A stretch of 64,000 nt of DNA from Cyanobacteriota bacterium (GCA_033764955.1 JANRIL010000048.1:1-64000), one strand, 5' to 3'; shown: positions 23,709 to 34,126, counted from the first letter of the stretch. Numbers and translations are program-made. Notes: generated from the sequence alone by a model not told the origin.

Positions 23709-24875
23709 TTAAGCAATTCCCTGGCGTTTGCGGGCTTCTTTGCGAGAGACGGCAATTTCCGTCAATCCACTCCGCCGCAGTTCCTGCTCCACTAGAGCAA
23801 AAAAGCGCTGCCGATCTCCCCCTCGCACCACCGCCAGATGATGGGCTTCCGCCAAAGCCACCGGATAGCCCAAACCTTTTTGCACCTGGCTGAGGATCAT
23901 CCCCAACGCTTGGCTGAGCAGATCGGGATCCCTGGCCACCCACTGCGGCACTTCCACACGGGCAATTTCGGATCCCACATGCAGATAGCAACAGATAATC
24001 CGATGGTCACCATAAAGCTCTAGAAGTTTTGCCCCCGATTGCCAGAGGGAGCTGCGTTGACCTGGGCTGAGACGGCTGGCCCAAAACACCCGATCACTCA
24101 AGGGGGCAAAAGGATGACAGGGATAACGAGCCGCTTCAGCACAATAATGCTGACAATCACACCCCAGATAGGGACACAACCCCACCCGCAGATAGTTCAC
24201 CACCTCACTGCTGCGGGAGGCACTCACATAGCCCGCTACCGGGATCCCGGCTGCCCGCAATTGGTCATAACTGTGCAAGAGGGGAGCAAGCCATTCCTTT
24301 TGCTGGGTGGGAGAGAGGTCATCTAACCCCCAATGGATTAAGGAGCCATCCACCAGCGCCAACAGAGGAGCTGCTCCCTGGGCGGCTAACGCCAACTGGG
24401 TGAGTTCCTCCATTTCCGCCTGGGTACGCCGCAATGCCAGCAGATCTTCCACCCCAATGCCGCGACTCTGCCCCAGATCCCCACTGCGATAAAAGAGGAG
24501 GGGCAGGCTATCCAAGAGAGGCCAACGGCCATTGCCGTAGGGCAACACCACCCGCCCCACGTTGATCAGCGAACAATAGGCCACCTCATGATGGCTGGGG
24601 ACTATTTGCGATCCATCGGTGGCGACGACCGTATGCTGAGCCACTGGCATTGGAATCGACTCCACCCACTCGATAGCCTCCTGCGGACTCGCCACGGTAA
24701 AGGCTAGGTGGTTTTGCCAGGTTTGCCAGCGTTCCTGCCAACGATAGGGATCCCGGCTGGCCTGTTCAAAGGCAGCCATTGCTTTTTGCAGACGCTGCTG
24801 ATTGGCCAACGACTCCTGTTGGAGGTGCTGGCCGAGGGCACTCACCTGCGCGGTCAGTTTAATGAGATCCAGCAT
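23709..24875 (-). CDS. NurA-domain nuclease
   Basis: VATDGSQI.PSHHE, LVDGSLIHW, EIARVE and GYPVALAEAHHLAVV motifs. Confidence 0.85.
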   Translation of the reverse strand: MLDLIKLTAQVSALGQHLQQESLANQQRLQKAMAAFEQASRDPYRWQERWQTWQNHLAFTVASPQEAIEWVESIPMPVAQHTVVATDGSQIVPSHHEVAYCSLINVGRVVLPYGNGRWPLLDSLPLLFYRSGDLGQSRGIGVEDLLALRRTQAEMEELTQLALAAQGAAPLLALVDGSLIHWGLDDLSPTQQKEWLAPLLHSYDQLRAAGIPVAGYVSASRSSEVVNYLRVGLCPYLGCDCQHYCAEAARYPCHPFAPLSDRVFWASRLSPGQRSSLWQSGAKLLELYGDHRIICCYLHVGSEIARVEVPQWVARDPDLLSQALGMILSQVQKGLGYPVALAEAHHLAVVRGGDRQRFFALVEQELRRSGLTEIAVSRKEARKRQGIA

Positions 24876-25737
24876 AGGCCAAGGTAGGGGTGGCTAAGGG
24901 ATCCCCTTCCGGATTGTATTCGCCATACACTTCGCTACTATTGTTGGGGCTTTCTTGGAGGTGAACCCGATGCAGGCGTACTCCCAACTGACGAATGGGC
25001 AGGGTCAATAATTCCTGGATGCGGAGGGCAATATTCTCGGCGGTTGGCACTACCTCCGCAAAATAAGGGATGTCTTTGTTGAGAAAGCGATGATCGAATG
25101 GCTCCACCACCTGCTGGTCAATCACCTGTTGCAAAGCTGCCAGATCGACGATCATGCCCGTACGCGGATGAATGTCGCCCTCAACGGTCACCTCCAGCAT
25201 GTAGTTATGCCCATGTCCGTGCACACGGGCGCAGGGGCCATAAATTTCCGTATTCTCCGCCATACTCAGCTCGTCGAGAGCCAAGCGATGGGCAGCACTA
25301 AAATGGCTTCCGACCGTTAAATAAGCTTTCATAGATTCTCCTCGATATTCCGCCCACAGTTCAGGGTCTTCATAGAGTTTGAGGCTAACTAAGGGTAAAT
25401 GGGGGCTTAAGCGATGCCAAATGGCATGGGCAATCCATTCACTGGTGGGTAACGCCTGCTGAAATTCTGGCCAGACCTCATTCAGATAGGCAAAGTTGAG
25501 ATCCTGCAACACCTGTTGGCGGATCACCTGCTTGACATCCGAAAGATTGCGAACCATGCCCAATCGATCCACCTCACCGATCAACCCCACCTGTAAGACA
25601 TAGTTATGTCCATGTCCAGGGAAGCGCGCCCCAGCCCCAAAGTGCCCCTGGTTTTCCGTTTCGGACCATTCGGGTATCCAATAGCGATGACTGGCCGCAA
25701 ATTGCGCCCGCCGATACACGACACAGGATCTTGCCAT
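24859..25737 (-). CDS. queD: 6-carboxytetrahydropterin synthase, two-domain QueD/PTPS
   Basis: Two PTPS domains (FAASH..HGHNY; FSAAH..C...HGHGHNY..PTAENIA). Confidence 0.88.
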   Translation of the reverse strand: MARSCVVYRRAQFAASHRYWIPEWSETENQGHFGAGARFPGHGHNYVLQVGLIGEVDRLGMVRNLSDVKQVIRQQVLQDLNFAYLNEVWPEFQQALPTSEWIAHAIWHRLSPHLPLVSLKLYEDPELWAEYRGESMKAYLTVGSHFSAAHRLALDELSMAENTEIYGPCARVHGHGHNYMLEVTVEGDIHPRTGMIVDLAALQQVIDQQVVEPFDHRFLNKDIPYFAEVVPTAENIALRIQELLTLPIRQLGVRLHRVHLQESPNNSSEVYGEYNPEGDPLATPTLAYAGSH

Positions 25738-26013
25738 TTCAGTAAAGTTGCGCTAACCGCGCCAACGAGAGGTACACTTTACTTCAGCATAAACCCTCCT
25801 GACCTGGGATCTCCCACCCGCCTCTCTTGGCAGAAATGCTAAGCTCTCCTAGGTTAGAAAGCCTTCCGTCTCAGGTTAGTAAATTTAGCTTTACTTCTGA
25901 CTATCTTGAGAGCAAGTGAATAACCCCATCAGGGGCTGCCCAGCGGAACTTTTGTGGGATGGGGAGAGTCAGAAATCGGGCAATATGCTGGACTGAATTG
26001 TGTAGTTGAGAAC

Positions 26014-26313
26014 ATGCAAGAAACCTATTTGAATCATCCTACGTTTGGTTTGCTTTATAGCCTGTGTACCATTGGAGAAAGGCAGGCTTTATTCACGACT
26101 CTTTATGCTCAGCGGCTATTCTTTCGGGTTTCTTTTGCCCTACGGGATCCCCAACCCAGCAAAACCTCACCCGACGAGGAGTTAGTTTTTGATCCCATTA
26201 GCCGTAACGAAGCCCGTCAGATTTTTGAAGAGCAAATTCGTTTATTGAGGCGTGCCAATCGCAAAGACCAACTGGAGCAGCTACAGATGGTTTATCAACA
26301 AACTTTTGTGTGA
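26014..26313 (+). CDS. pipX: PII-interacting protein X
   Basis: ETYLNHPTFGLLY, LFTTLYAQRLFF and C-terminal helices ending QQTF; ATG 26014. Confidence 0.93.
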   Translation: MQETYLNHPTFGLLYSLCTIGERQALFTTLYAQRLFFRVSFALRDPQPSKTSPDEELVFDPISRNEARQIFEEQIRLLRRANRKDQLEQLQMVYQQTFV

Positions 26314-26682
26314 TCTATTTGATACAGAAGCGTCGCATTCCCAAGGAATATTCTACATCTTTGAAACTGGATATCTCTAGGCAGGGAATGTCAGCTAATC
26401 TGACCTCTTTTATTTTCCTTCCATCTACTCCGCCATACTTATGCAATATATCTGGGAAAGATACTGGTAAAAAGACCCAGCTTGAAGCATGAAGCCTCAA
26501 GCTAGGCATAAGCAGAGACACTGGTTCCGATCACTATCATCACTATCGTTTGGGATCCACGGTAACAATCAGAGGGAAGCCCGCAATAAAAACAGGAGAT
26601 ACGGGTCATGGATAATTTCTTTCTTGGCAATTTGGGTGACCATCTCCCGAACCGATCAGTTAGCCATATAAATATCTGATTG

Positions 26683-27417
26683 CTAAGAGGCTTCTAGCCA
26701 ATTGGGGATCCAGCGATAGGAGAGCCTCAGATCTCGTCGGAGTCGCAGATAATTGGGCTCAAAGGACTTGACTAACTGCCAAAACTGGGACGAATGATTA
26801 AGATGAATAATATGGCACAGTTCATGAATCAACACATAGCGAACCTGATCTTTAGGCAGGAAGAGAAGTTTATAGTTAAGACTGATTTTGCGTTGACTAG
26901 AGCAACTTCCCCAACGAGTTTTTTGTCCCCGAATCGAGGCATGAACGTAGGACAAGCCTAGCGTTTGACTAACATCCTTTAGCCAAGGAAGAAGATAGTC
27001 AGCGGCTCGTTGCTTAAGCCAACCCTGCAAAGGCTTTTGATAATATTCCCAATGTGGGGATCCCCTTAAAATCAATAAATAATCATTTTGCTCAAGATGA
27101 GCAGGTTGATCCAATGATTCATGCCAAGTTTCATAAGTGACTTGCCATTGTTGGTCAATTGCTAATAAGTCAATCACCCTAGGAAAGCTAGCAGGAGCCG
27201 ATAGTTGCCCCGTTTGCAAATCATGCCAAGTCTTGAGAAGCCATGTTTGCTTTGCTTGCAAAATGGCCGGGATCCCCTGAGGATCAAACCCCTTAGGAAT
27301 AATCACGTTAACGTGATCCGGCTGAGATACATGCAGGCGAATTCGTTTGGCCTTATGGCTGAGCCTGACATGATAAGCAATATGATAATGATCCGTCTCT
27401 AAGATAAATTTAGTCAT
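26683..27417 (-). CDS. M48/YgjP (DUF45) zinc metallopeptidase-like protein
   Basis: QKTRWGSCS, LNYKL, YVLIHELCH..HLNHS..FW motifs. Confidence 0.88.
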   Translation of the reverse strand: MTKFILETDHYHIAYHVRLSHKAKRIRLHVSQPDHVNVIIPKGFDPQGIPAILQAKQTWLLKTWHDLQTGQLSAPASFPRVIDLLAIDQQWQVTYETWHESLDQPAHLEQNDYLLILRGSPHWEYYQKPLQGWLKQRAADYLLPWLKDVSQTLGLSYVHASIRGQKTRWGSCSSQRKISLNYKLLFLPKDQVRYVLIHELCHIIHLNHSSQFWQLVKSFEPNYLRLRRDLRLSYRWIPNWLEAS

Positions 27418-28672
27418 GCTGAGATGGCTCTAAAAGTAATACCTGCCAACGTTGCAGATCGTGAATGGTTGATTCAGGGATCCCTTCTCCCCGTTCTAGC
27501 TCGAGGTCTTTCTGGATGTGGTTCACTGTTTTTTGCCCATCCACTTTGAGAAGAAATTGATAAGCTCCATCACTCAAGTTGATAGCATCATAAACATAAT
27601 TAAAAACACTTTGGCTAGGCCAGCGACCCAAACAAGGACTCCGATGAGCAATAGCAGAACCTATCGTTTCGGGTGTCCACATTGGTTTCAGAATGGGTGG
27701 CTTACCTAGGAAAAATTCGTAGTGAGCAACCGTTGGATCCAGAAGCTCAATTAGGCGGTACTGGCGTTGTCGAGGTAATTGTTGAGCTTCTGCCAGCCAT
27801 TCAGGGGCTTTACCTAACAGTCTTTCCAGTTGCCAGAAACTTGGATTAGAAAATCCTAAAAACTCGAGATGGCTAGTATCAATCCACTCAAACAGTGTGT
27901 CGATATTATAGTCAATTTCTTGAGGATGTAAATACATATCGGCAAAGCATTCGTCATCTTTATTCTCAACAGCCCAACGAGCTTTCTCTTGTTGCAAGAT
28001 GCGATTTTGTTCGGGCATAATCTCAAAAATTTTTCGCCCTGCCACCAATCCCTTTTGTAACTGATCCACATGGGAAAAAGCTATATCTTCGTCACCTCCT
28101 ACTAACAAACGCAGGGCTTTTTGCATAAGCCGAATTTCCCAACGACCTAGTTCCCCATAGACAAAGATATGGAGGATTCCTCCCTCCCCCAATTTACTTG
28201 CCAATGCCTGTAATCCCGCCACAGGATCCGGTAAATGGTGCAACATACCCACACAATTTATAAAATCAAAGGTTCCCGGCAATTGATCGATATCATAAAC
28301 ACTCAGTTCTCGAAATTGCACGGGTGGAGCTTGCGATTGTAGACAACGGGACTGAGCTATCGCTAAAGCGTTTTCACTCAAATCAAAAGCCCAGAGATCG
28401 GCGGTTGGATTTTGATGAGCAATGTATTCTGTCCCGACGCCGGAACCACAACCAGCATCCAAAATGCGTACCGGACGCGACCCTGGATGGGATCCCGTAC
28501 AAAAGGCATGGGCTTGTACCCAACTCCAGCGCCAATTCCAGCCTGGAGGAGGGACGGTTGAGAGCGGTTCGGGCGGGAAGGGAAACGTATTGTAAAGTTG
28601 GCGAACCTGCTCAATAATCTGGGTCTGCACACTATTTTGAAGATTATTCTGAAACTCGGCACTCATGCTCAT
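27410..28672 (-). CDS. Class I SAM-dependent methyltransferase
   Basis: ILDAGCGSG, FDFINCVGMLHHLPDP and FADMYLHPQE motifs. Confidence 0.88.
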   Translation of the reverse strand: MSMSAEFQNNLQNSVQTQIIEQVRQLYNTFPFPPEPLSTVPPPGWNWRWSWVQAHAFCTGSHPGSRPVRILDAGCGSGVGTEYIAHQNPTADLWAFDLSENALAIAQSRCLQSQAPPVQFRELSVYDIDQLPGTFDFINCVGMLHHLPDPVAGLQALASKLGEGGILHIFVYGELGRWEIRLMQKALRLLVGGDEDIAFSHVDQLQKGLVAGRKIFEIMPEQNRILQQEKARWAVENKDDECFADMYLHPQEIDYNIDTLFEWIDTSHLEFLGFSNPSFWQLERLLGKAPEWLAEAQQLPRQRQYRLIELLDPTVAHYEFFLGKPPILKPMWTPETIGSAIAHRSPCLGRWPSQSVFNYVYDAINLSDGAYQFLLKVDGQKTVNHIQKDLELERGEGIPESTIHDLQRWQVLLLEPSQHD

Positions 28673-28760
28673 CGCAACCCCTAACCCATTGCTGCTTCAC
28701 TAGTCATGTTAACTGGGCGTTTTATCTGGGCAGGCTAACAGAACTGATTGGGTGGAACCT

Positions 28761-28846
28761 ATCTATCGACTCAAATCAGCAGTGGTAGACAACCTCGAAC
28801 TCAAGACCAGCAGCTTTCGTCCGTCCGCTGCCACCCAGTGTTAGGT
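28761..28846 (-). other. attC-like recombination site (copy B)
   Basis: Minus strand ACCTAAC-ACTGG-GTGGCAGCGGAC...CTGCTGATTTGAGTC-GATAGAT: RYYYAAC start, paired CAGCGG/CTGCTG L-box-like arms, degenerate GTTRRRY end; 86 bp. Confidence 0.65.
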
Positions 28847-28884
28847 GGCTAGCAAGAACATCACCCACCCCGAAAGAGCTTTAG

Positions 28885-28981
28885 GGCTGACGGCAAACTC
28901 TAGCTGTGAACGATAGAAGCAGACATCAAGCTCCATAGAGAAGTTTACCTGACTCCGATCCGCTGTTTAAGGGTGTTGTTT
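28885..28981 (-). other. Degenerate attC-like site (copy C)
   Basis: Minus strand AAACAAC-ACCCTTAAACAGCGGATC...CACAGCTAGAGTTTGCC-GTCAGCC; both cores carry mismatches. Confidence 0.4.
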
Positions 28982-28991
28982 AATCCCTCAA

Positions 28992-29168
28992 TCAGAGAAG
29001 TGGGCGTTGGATCCCGCATTGTTCGCCGATTTGGATGCCTTCTCCCAAAGCCTCTTCCTTGATGTCTCGATACAGTCGAGTGTGCTTGATGGTCAGTCCT
29101 AACATTCTTTCAACCTCTCTACCGCTTAATCCTGAAAATCGGGAAGAGATAATTGTTGCTACTAGCTG
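28992..29168 (-). pseudogene. C-terminal fragment of an Rpn/DUF2887-like protein
   Basis: Hand translation QLVATIISSRFSGLSGREVERMLGLTIKHTRLYRDIKEEALGEGIQIGEQ resembles the IxxKF..LSRxEVExMLG....TRxYxEIKEEG..EG tail of cyanobacterial Rpn-like proteins; no start codon. Confidence 0.6.
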
Positions 29169-29206
29169 TGCTTTGTTGTTTCACTTGCTCCCGCCGGTAA
29201 CCTGCT

Positions 29207-29725
29207 TCATCCGTGGTTTGCTCTGATTAAGGGCACTAGATGCATCATGTAATCCCGCTTTCCAAGCGGTACACCAGCCATGCGAAGGATGGCGTAGGCT
29301 GTGACCAAATGGAAGTAAAAATTTGGAATCAAAAATTCATTCACATAGGCGTTACCTGATAGCTCGATGTGGAGGCTCTGTCCCAAATCGATGCGTGTTA
29401 TCTCAGCTAGCTTTGCATCTTCAATATCAATACTTAAAAGTAGCTTATTCGTGTTTGTTATATGCTCGTAGGCCTGAGCGAGAGACATGACCTCCGGATC
29501 CAAATTACTGGCAGGTTTACCCTGACACCAAAGAGCAAAGTTGCGTGGCTGATTACAGGTGAATACAATCTGTGTGCCAAGGGGAAACATATCAGCCGCA
29601 ATACGCTTTTGAAGGAAGGATTCGTCATCCAAAAAGTGAGCTTGGGCTAACCTTAAGCAATGCTCAAGAGTTGCTAAGCGACTTTCAAAGAGACTCTGGA
29701 TCGAAGGGACATTCTGGCTTTGCAT
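29207..29725 (-). CDS. DUF1993 (DinB-like helical) protein
   Basis: RIAADMFPL..Q and PNFYFHLVTAYAILRMAGVPLGKRDY motifs. Confidence 0.88.
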   Translation of the reverse strand: MQSQNVPSIQSLFESRLATLEHCLRLAQAHFLDDESFLQKRIAADMFPLGTQIVFTCNQPRNFALWCQGKPASNLDPEVMSLAQAYEHITNTNKLLLSIDIEDAKLAEITRIDLGQSLHIELSGNAYVNEFLIPNFYFHLVTAYAILRMAGVPLGKRDYMMHLVPLIRANHG

Positions 29726-29792
29726 GTTGTGATTCCCCAGGCTGATTATTCACCTATTCTATGAGTCCTAGCTGTGCTTGAAATAGATTCCG

Positions 29793-29813
29793 ACCTAACG
29801 ACCAAGCTCAGCG
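29793..29813 (-). other. Right half of an attC-like site; cassette entry core GTTAGGT overlapping the ccmP stop
   Basis: Minus strand CGCTGAGCTTGGTC-GTTAGGT; the TGA is the ccmP stop codon. Confidence 0.6.
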
Positions 29814-30449
29814 ATCCAGTAGGGGGGCTAAGGGATCCCGACCGGACAAACCCTCAAGAGCCGCCAGCACCGCTTGATTACCTGCTAAGATATCCCGCTC
29901 CTCTCCCCCCAAATAAACCCGCCCAAAGGCTCCAAAAGGTTGCACCTCCAAGATATTGATGCGAGCTGCTTTTTCGGCTTCGTTAGCGGCATAGGCGGCA
30001 TAGGCAGCGGGTTCTACTTCTAAAACATAAAGGGTTTGCCCCGACAACAACATCTGCCCCCGCCGCATTCGGTTAATCAATTGGGTTTGATGGGGATCCA
30101 CATTGCGAATCACTTGGCTGGAAATGACACGGGGACGCAAGCGTTCCTGCTCCCTTACCCCCAAGCTTTGCAGGATCGCTCGGCCAGCGGCTCTTGTATC
30201 CCCTTGATTGGTGGAATGAATTTCTAACAACCCATACAACCGTTCTACTACCTGCAATCCAGGCCGCACCGCCGTCGATTTGAGGGCAACATCGGTGATA
30301 CGGTTAATTTCAATGCCGGGGGAAATCTCAATCCAGAGGGAAGTGTCCCCCGGTAAGGGCAAAAATCCGTAGGCCACCGTACCCAGATAGCTGGCATATT
30401 GTGGTTGCAAATTATCCAAAAATACAAAGCTACGCAGATCGATGCCCAA
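29808..30449 (-). CDS. ccmP: Carboxysome gated trimer shell protein CcmP
   Basis: [46 protein letters not shown] and [10 protein letters not shown] motifs. Confidence 0.92.
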   Translation of the reverse strand: MGIDLRSFVFLDNLQPQYASYLGTVAYGFLPLPGDTSLWIEISPGIEINRITDVALKSTAVRPGLQVVERLYGLLEIHSTNQGDTRAAGRAILQSLGVREQERLRPRVISSQVIRNVDPHQTQLINRMRRGQMLLSGQTLYVLEVEPAAYAAYAANEAEKAARINILEVQPFGAFGRVYLGGEERDILAGNQAVLAALEGLSGRDPLAPLLDR

Positions 30450-30586
30450 ACTTTAGTCCCCCAGGAAGAGTTATTCCGGCTGCTGACCATCCATGGGATC
30501 CCGACCGACAGCGTTTCGTAACTTGTTGTCCACCCAGTCTACCCGTTTTACTGAAGGTTGTTGGCAGGTCTTAGCCCCGTGGCCAT

Positions 30587-31669
30587 TTAGGGATCCCCTA
30601 ATAGCTCAGCTGCTTGTCGCACCGTATCAAAATAAACATGTACATGGGCTTCGGGGGTGGTGTGGTGAATGCCATGACCCAAGTTCATGATATGACCGCG
30701 TCTGCCCGCTTTGCGGATCACCTCTAGGGTGCGCTGGCGAATTTGATCAGGGGATCCCAGCAAGACCATCGGCTCTAGATTGCCCTGCACGGCCAGGGAT
30801 CCCAGCCGTTGCCGTCCTTCTGCCATATCCACCATCCAATCCAGACTAAAAATATCCACACCCGATTGACCGACCCGCTCCAGCAAGCCAGCACTACCGT
30901 TGATATAAAGAATAAGGGGGGTATGGGGATAAACCCGCTTCACCTGCTCCACGACCGACCGTTCATAGGGCAATGCCCAGGTTTCATAGTCACTAGGGGT
31001 GAGTTGACCCGCCCAGGTATCAAATAACTGCACCACCTGTGCCCCCGCCTCAATTTGAAAGCAAACATAGCGGGCAATGCTATCCGCCAATTTTCTGAGC
31101 AGTTGGTGCAACATCTCGGGTTGGGTATAGGCCATCTCCTTGATCACGGCGTAGTCTTTTGACCCTTTCCCCTCCACGGCATAGCTAGCCAGCGTCCAAG
31201 GGGATCCCACAAAACCCAGCAGGGTAGCTTTTCCCTCCACTTCTCGCCGCAGAGTTTGCAAAATCTCGCGGATAAAGGGCAGGCTTTCGGCAGGTTCCAG
31301 CAGGCGCACCTGATCCACCTGAGCTTGCGTGCGGATCGGTTGATCGATGAGCGGGCCTTTGCTCTCGACAATATCAAAAGGGATCCCCATGCCATCCAAG
31401 GGAGTCAAGATATCGGAGAACATGATCACCCCATCCGGGGCATAAACCTGAAAAGGTTGCAGCGAGATCTCCACAGCTAACTCGGGTTTTTCGCAGCTTT
31501 CTTTGAACCCATACTTTTCCCGCAATTCTCGATAGACCCGCATATAGCGTCCAGCCTGCCGCATCATCCAGACGGGGGGACGCTCAAGCCTCTCGCCTTT
31601 AGCTGCCCGCAGAATTAGGGGTTGGGTGGCAGGAGGAGGGGAAAGCGCAGCGGCGGGAGAGAGAGACAT
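30587..31669 (-). CDS. hemE: Uroporphyrinogen decarboxylase
   Basis: [33 protein letters not shown] and MNLGHG motifs. Confidence 0.97.
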   Translation of the reverse strand: MSLSPAAALSPPPATQPLILRAAKGERLERPPVWMMRQAGRYMRVYRELREKYGFKESCEKPELAVEISLQPFQVYAPDGVIMFSDILTPLDGMGIPFDIVESKGPLIDQPIRTQAQVDQVRLLEPAESLPFIREILQTLRREVEGKATLLGFVGSPWTLASYAVEGKGSKDYAVIKEMAYTQPEMLHQLLRKLADSIARYVCFQIEAGAQVVQLFDTWAGQLTPSDYETWALPYERSVVEQVKRVYPHTPLILYINGSAGLLERVGQSGVDIFSLDWMVDMAEGRQRLGSLAVQGNLEPMVLLGSPDQIRQRTLEVIRKAGRRGHIMNLGHGIHHTTPEAHVHVYFDTVRQAAELLGDP

Positions 31670-31875
31670 AGCAAGCCAGAGAATGAAGAAGATTTAAGCA
31701 AGCCTGATCTTGCCACTCTCTACCAAGCCAGTGCAAGGCTGCTAGACCAGTCTTTGAAATTTGTGACAATTGCGGTGAGGATCCCGATGGCTGGAGTCAG
31801 GATCTCCGGTTGAGGGCTGCCCAAACCCAGAACTCAGTGGCAGCGCGGCGGCTTCCTTTAGGAGAGAGGTGTAGG

Positions 31876-34050
31876 TCAGTGTAACGAAATGATTGAGGGA
31901 AGGAGGGTCTTTTCATTAGGTGAAATGACTTCGGTGAATACTTCAATTTGGGTGCTCATTTTTTTGAGTTGACGAGCCAATTTTAGGGCTTTTTCTCGTG
32001 GTAGAGGCGGACTGACCACAGCCGGCAAGCGTTTGAGAAGGGGACGAATTTTTTCAGCAGGTACTCGTGAGTGAAAAGCAATCGCCTCTACAATATCTTT
32101 CTCAAAATAGGAATTGGTGTAATTGAGTAGCTTGACTCGATAGGATTCATCAGGAAATGGTTTGCGACGAGCCAGACGAGACAGGGATCCCAGTGCTCCC
32201 AAAATATAAAGGCGATCCCCCTGTCCCAAAATTAAATCTTTGTGTTCACCTGCTATTTTGGGGAAAATAATGCTGGGTTGATCGAGGGGCTGCACCACCA
32301 AAATGACCAAATCATACTGATGAGCCAATGAGGATAAAGACTGCCCCAAATAGGGAGAACGGGAGGTAATTTCTAGGAGGGTAACCAAGAGGGTTTGCCC
32401 ATCCCAACTGACTGTGCCATAGACAGAACCAACCAAGGCTGCTGTCGCAAAAGCAGGGGCCGCTAAGGTGGCTTGGCTATAGCTAATCCCTAAATCTCGA
32501 AAGTGTTGCTGCATCCGCTTAGCCACCTGTGGATCCGAGATACGGATGATCTTGCGTAGCATGGGGTTGAGGCTACGGGAGGTGAGGGCGGTTTCTAGGT
32601 TAGATAAATCATTGGGGATGGCACAGATCAAGCAACGGGCGGCTGGCAGATTGGCTTGGGCAAGGGTACTCGGTAGGGCACTATCTCCGATCAGCACTTC
32701 TACCCCCTCTTGATGAACCGCTTTGATGAGCGGACTATCAGGATTAGCTTCAATGGCCACCACTTCATAGCTCATCTGGCGCAGCAACTGCACAATCCGG
32801 TAACCTAAGCGACCCAGCCCCGCAATCACCACATGATCCGATTGAGGGATCCCCGATTTTTTTAGGCCAAACCGACTGCTGACTAACTTATCGGTGACAA
32901 ACCCATACACCAAGCCCACTAAAGCGGTGCCAATCAGGGTGAGCAGGATGGCTAGCAACTTAACCAAAACGGGGGTTTCTGGCTCCTGAAAATCCCCAAT
33001 ATCCCCATAGCCTCCGCTCAACACCGTCAAGGTCAGAAAAATTGCATCGGCAGGGGTTTTGCCAATACTGATAAAATTGAAGGTGCCCAGGGTTAGCATG
33101 ACGGCCAGAGCCAGGGTTAAAAACTGGTTGAGGGGCGAGAGGGTAGGCCGTTTTTGCCAGAGGGTTTGTATCGTTGTAAAGAGCTTGGTTGACCAAGAGC
33201 GTGGGCGAGACTGATCGAAACGGGATCCCTGTCCTGCTGCCCATTGCTGCACCCGCGACGATTGCTTGCGACCATTGCGCTCCAATAGCTGCAAATAGCG
33301 CTCAGCCTTGCAGATCACAACAATTTGATCCCCTTCCGCCAACTGAGCGCGGTAATCAAAATCCTCAAAGACACGGTAGGGGGAAAAGTCCGCCAGTTGA
33401 TCCACAGGATAATGAAACAACACCCGCACATCGAAACTGTCTTCTAATTCTTCCAGGGGCATCCGCAACAGGCGAGAAGTTCCACTAATTTTTAAGTCCA
33501 CAATATTCCAGAGGGTAGAATTTTCCGCTGGGGAAAGAATCGGATCCTCAACACGGGTGGCTTTTTCCTGCATTGGCAGAGCAGGGGGGAGGTCGGAGTT
33601 TCCCTCCGTTTTGAGATCGGGCAGGGCAAAATAGCCAATAAACTCGTCCGAAACCGCCCGCAGGGCAAAAGCCGGTGAGACTAAGGCGGAGGTAGACAAC
33701 GAAAAATGGTTGGGAATGGCTTGATCAAAATAGCGACCCAAGGTGCGGTTGAACAGGCGAGAGACAATGCGCGCCCGTGGGTTGAGTTCACGGATCAGGA
33801 GAGCAGTTTCAAAATTGTCTTGATCGCCATCGTGCAGCAGTAAAACCACCCGCACCTGCTCAATTCCAATCTGCTCTAAGACACTCCGACGGCGAAAGTC
33901 AGCCTGCAAAAACTGACAGCCCTCCGGCAATACCTCCGGTCGTTTCAGATCCACCACCAGAGCCGTCCGCCCAAACTCAATCAGCACCTCGATGGTTTGT
34001 GCCACTAGTTGGTCGTAGCCACAAATGACCAGAGAAGAAGGCTGCACCAT
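31876..34050 (-). CDS. RCK/TrkA-domain potassium channel protein
   Basis: N-terminal TrkA-N/C domains, 2 TM plus pore loop (TVLSGGYGD), second TrkA-N (VVIAGLGRLG) and TrkA-C. Confidence 0.88.
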   Translation of the reverse strand: MVQPSSLVICGYDQLVAQTIEVLIEFGRTALVVDLKRPEVLPEGCQFLQADFRRRSVLEQIGIEQVRVVLLLHDGDQDNFETALLIRELNPRARIVSRLFNRTLGRYFDQAIPNHFSLSTSALVSPAFALRAVSDEFIGYFALPDLKTEGNSDLPPALPMQEKATRVEDPILSPAENSTLWNIVDLKISGTSRLLRMPLEELEDSFDVRVLFHYPVDQLADFSPYRVFEDFDYRAQLAEGDQIVVICKAERYLQLLERNGRKQSSRVQQWAAGQGSRFDQSRPRSWSTKLFTTIQTLWQKRPTLSPLNQFLTLALAVMLTLGTFNFISIGKTPADAIFLTLTVLSGGYGDIGDFQEPETPVLVKLLAILLTLIGTALVGLVYGFVTDKLVSSRFGLKKSGIPQSDHVVIAGLGRLGYRIVQLLRQMSYEVVAIEANPDSPLIKAVHQEGVEVLIGDSALPSTLAQANLPAARCLICAIPNDLSNLETALTSRSLNPMLRKIIRISDPQVAKRMQQHFRDLGISYSQATLAAPAFATAALVGSVYGTVSWDGQTLLVTLLEITSRSPYLGQSLSSLAHQYDLVILVVQPLDQPSIIFPKIAGEHKDLILGQGDRLYILGALGSLSRLARRKPFPDESYRVKLLNYTNSYFEKDIVEAIAFHSRVPAEKIRPLLKRLPAVVSPPLPREKALKLARQLKKMSTQIEVFTEVISPNEKTLLPSIISLH

Positions 34051-34126
34051 GGCGTCGGATCCCGACAGGGTATTTGTTCCCAGTTGTACCTGAAACCCTC
34101 CGCCACCGCCAACCTATCCTGCTGCC

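Noticed and set aside
26315..26671. Short ORFs downstream of pipX
   Set aside because: No motifs or clear RBS, and mutually overlapping.
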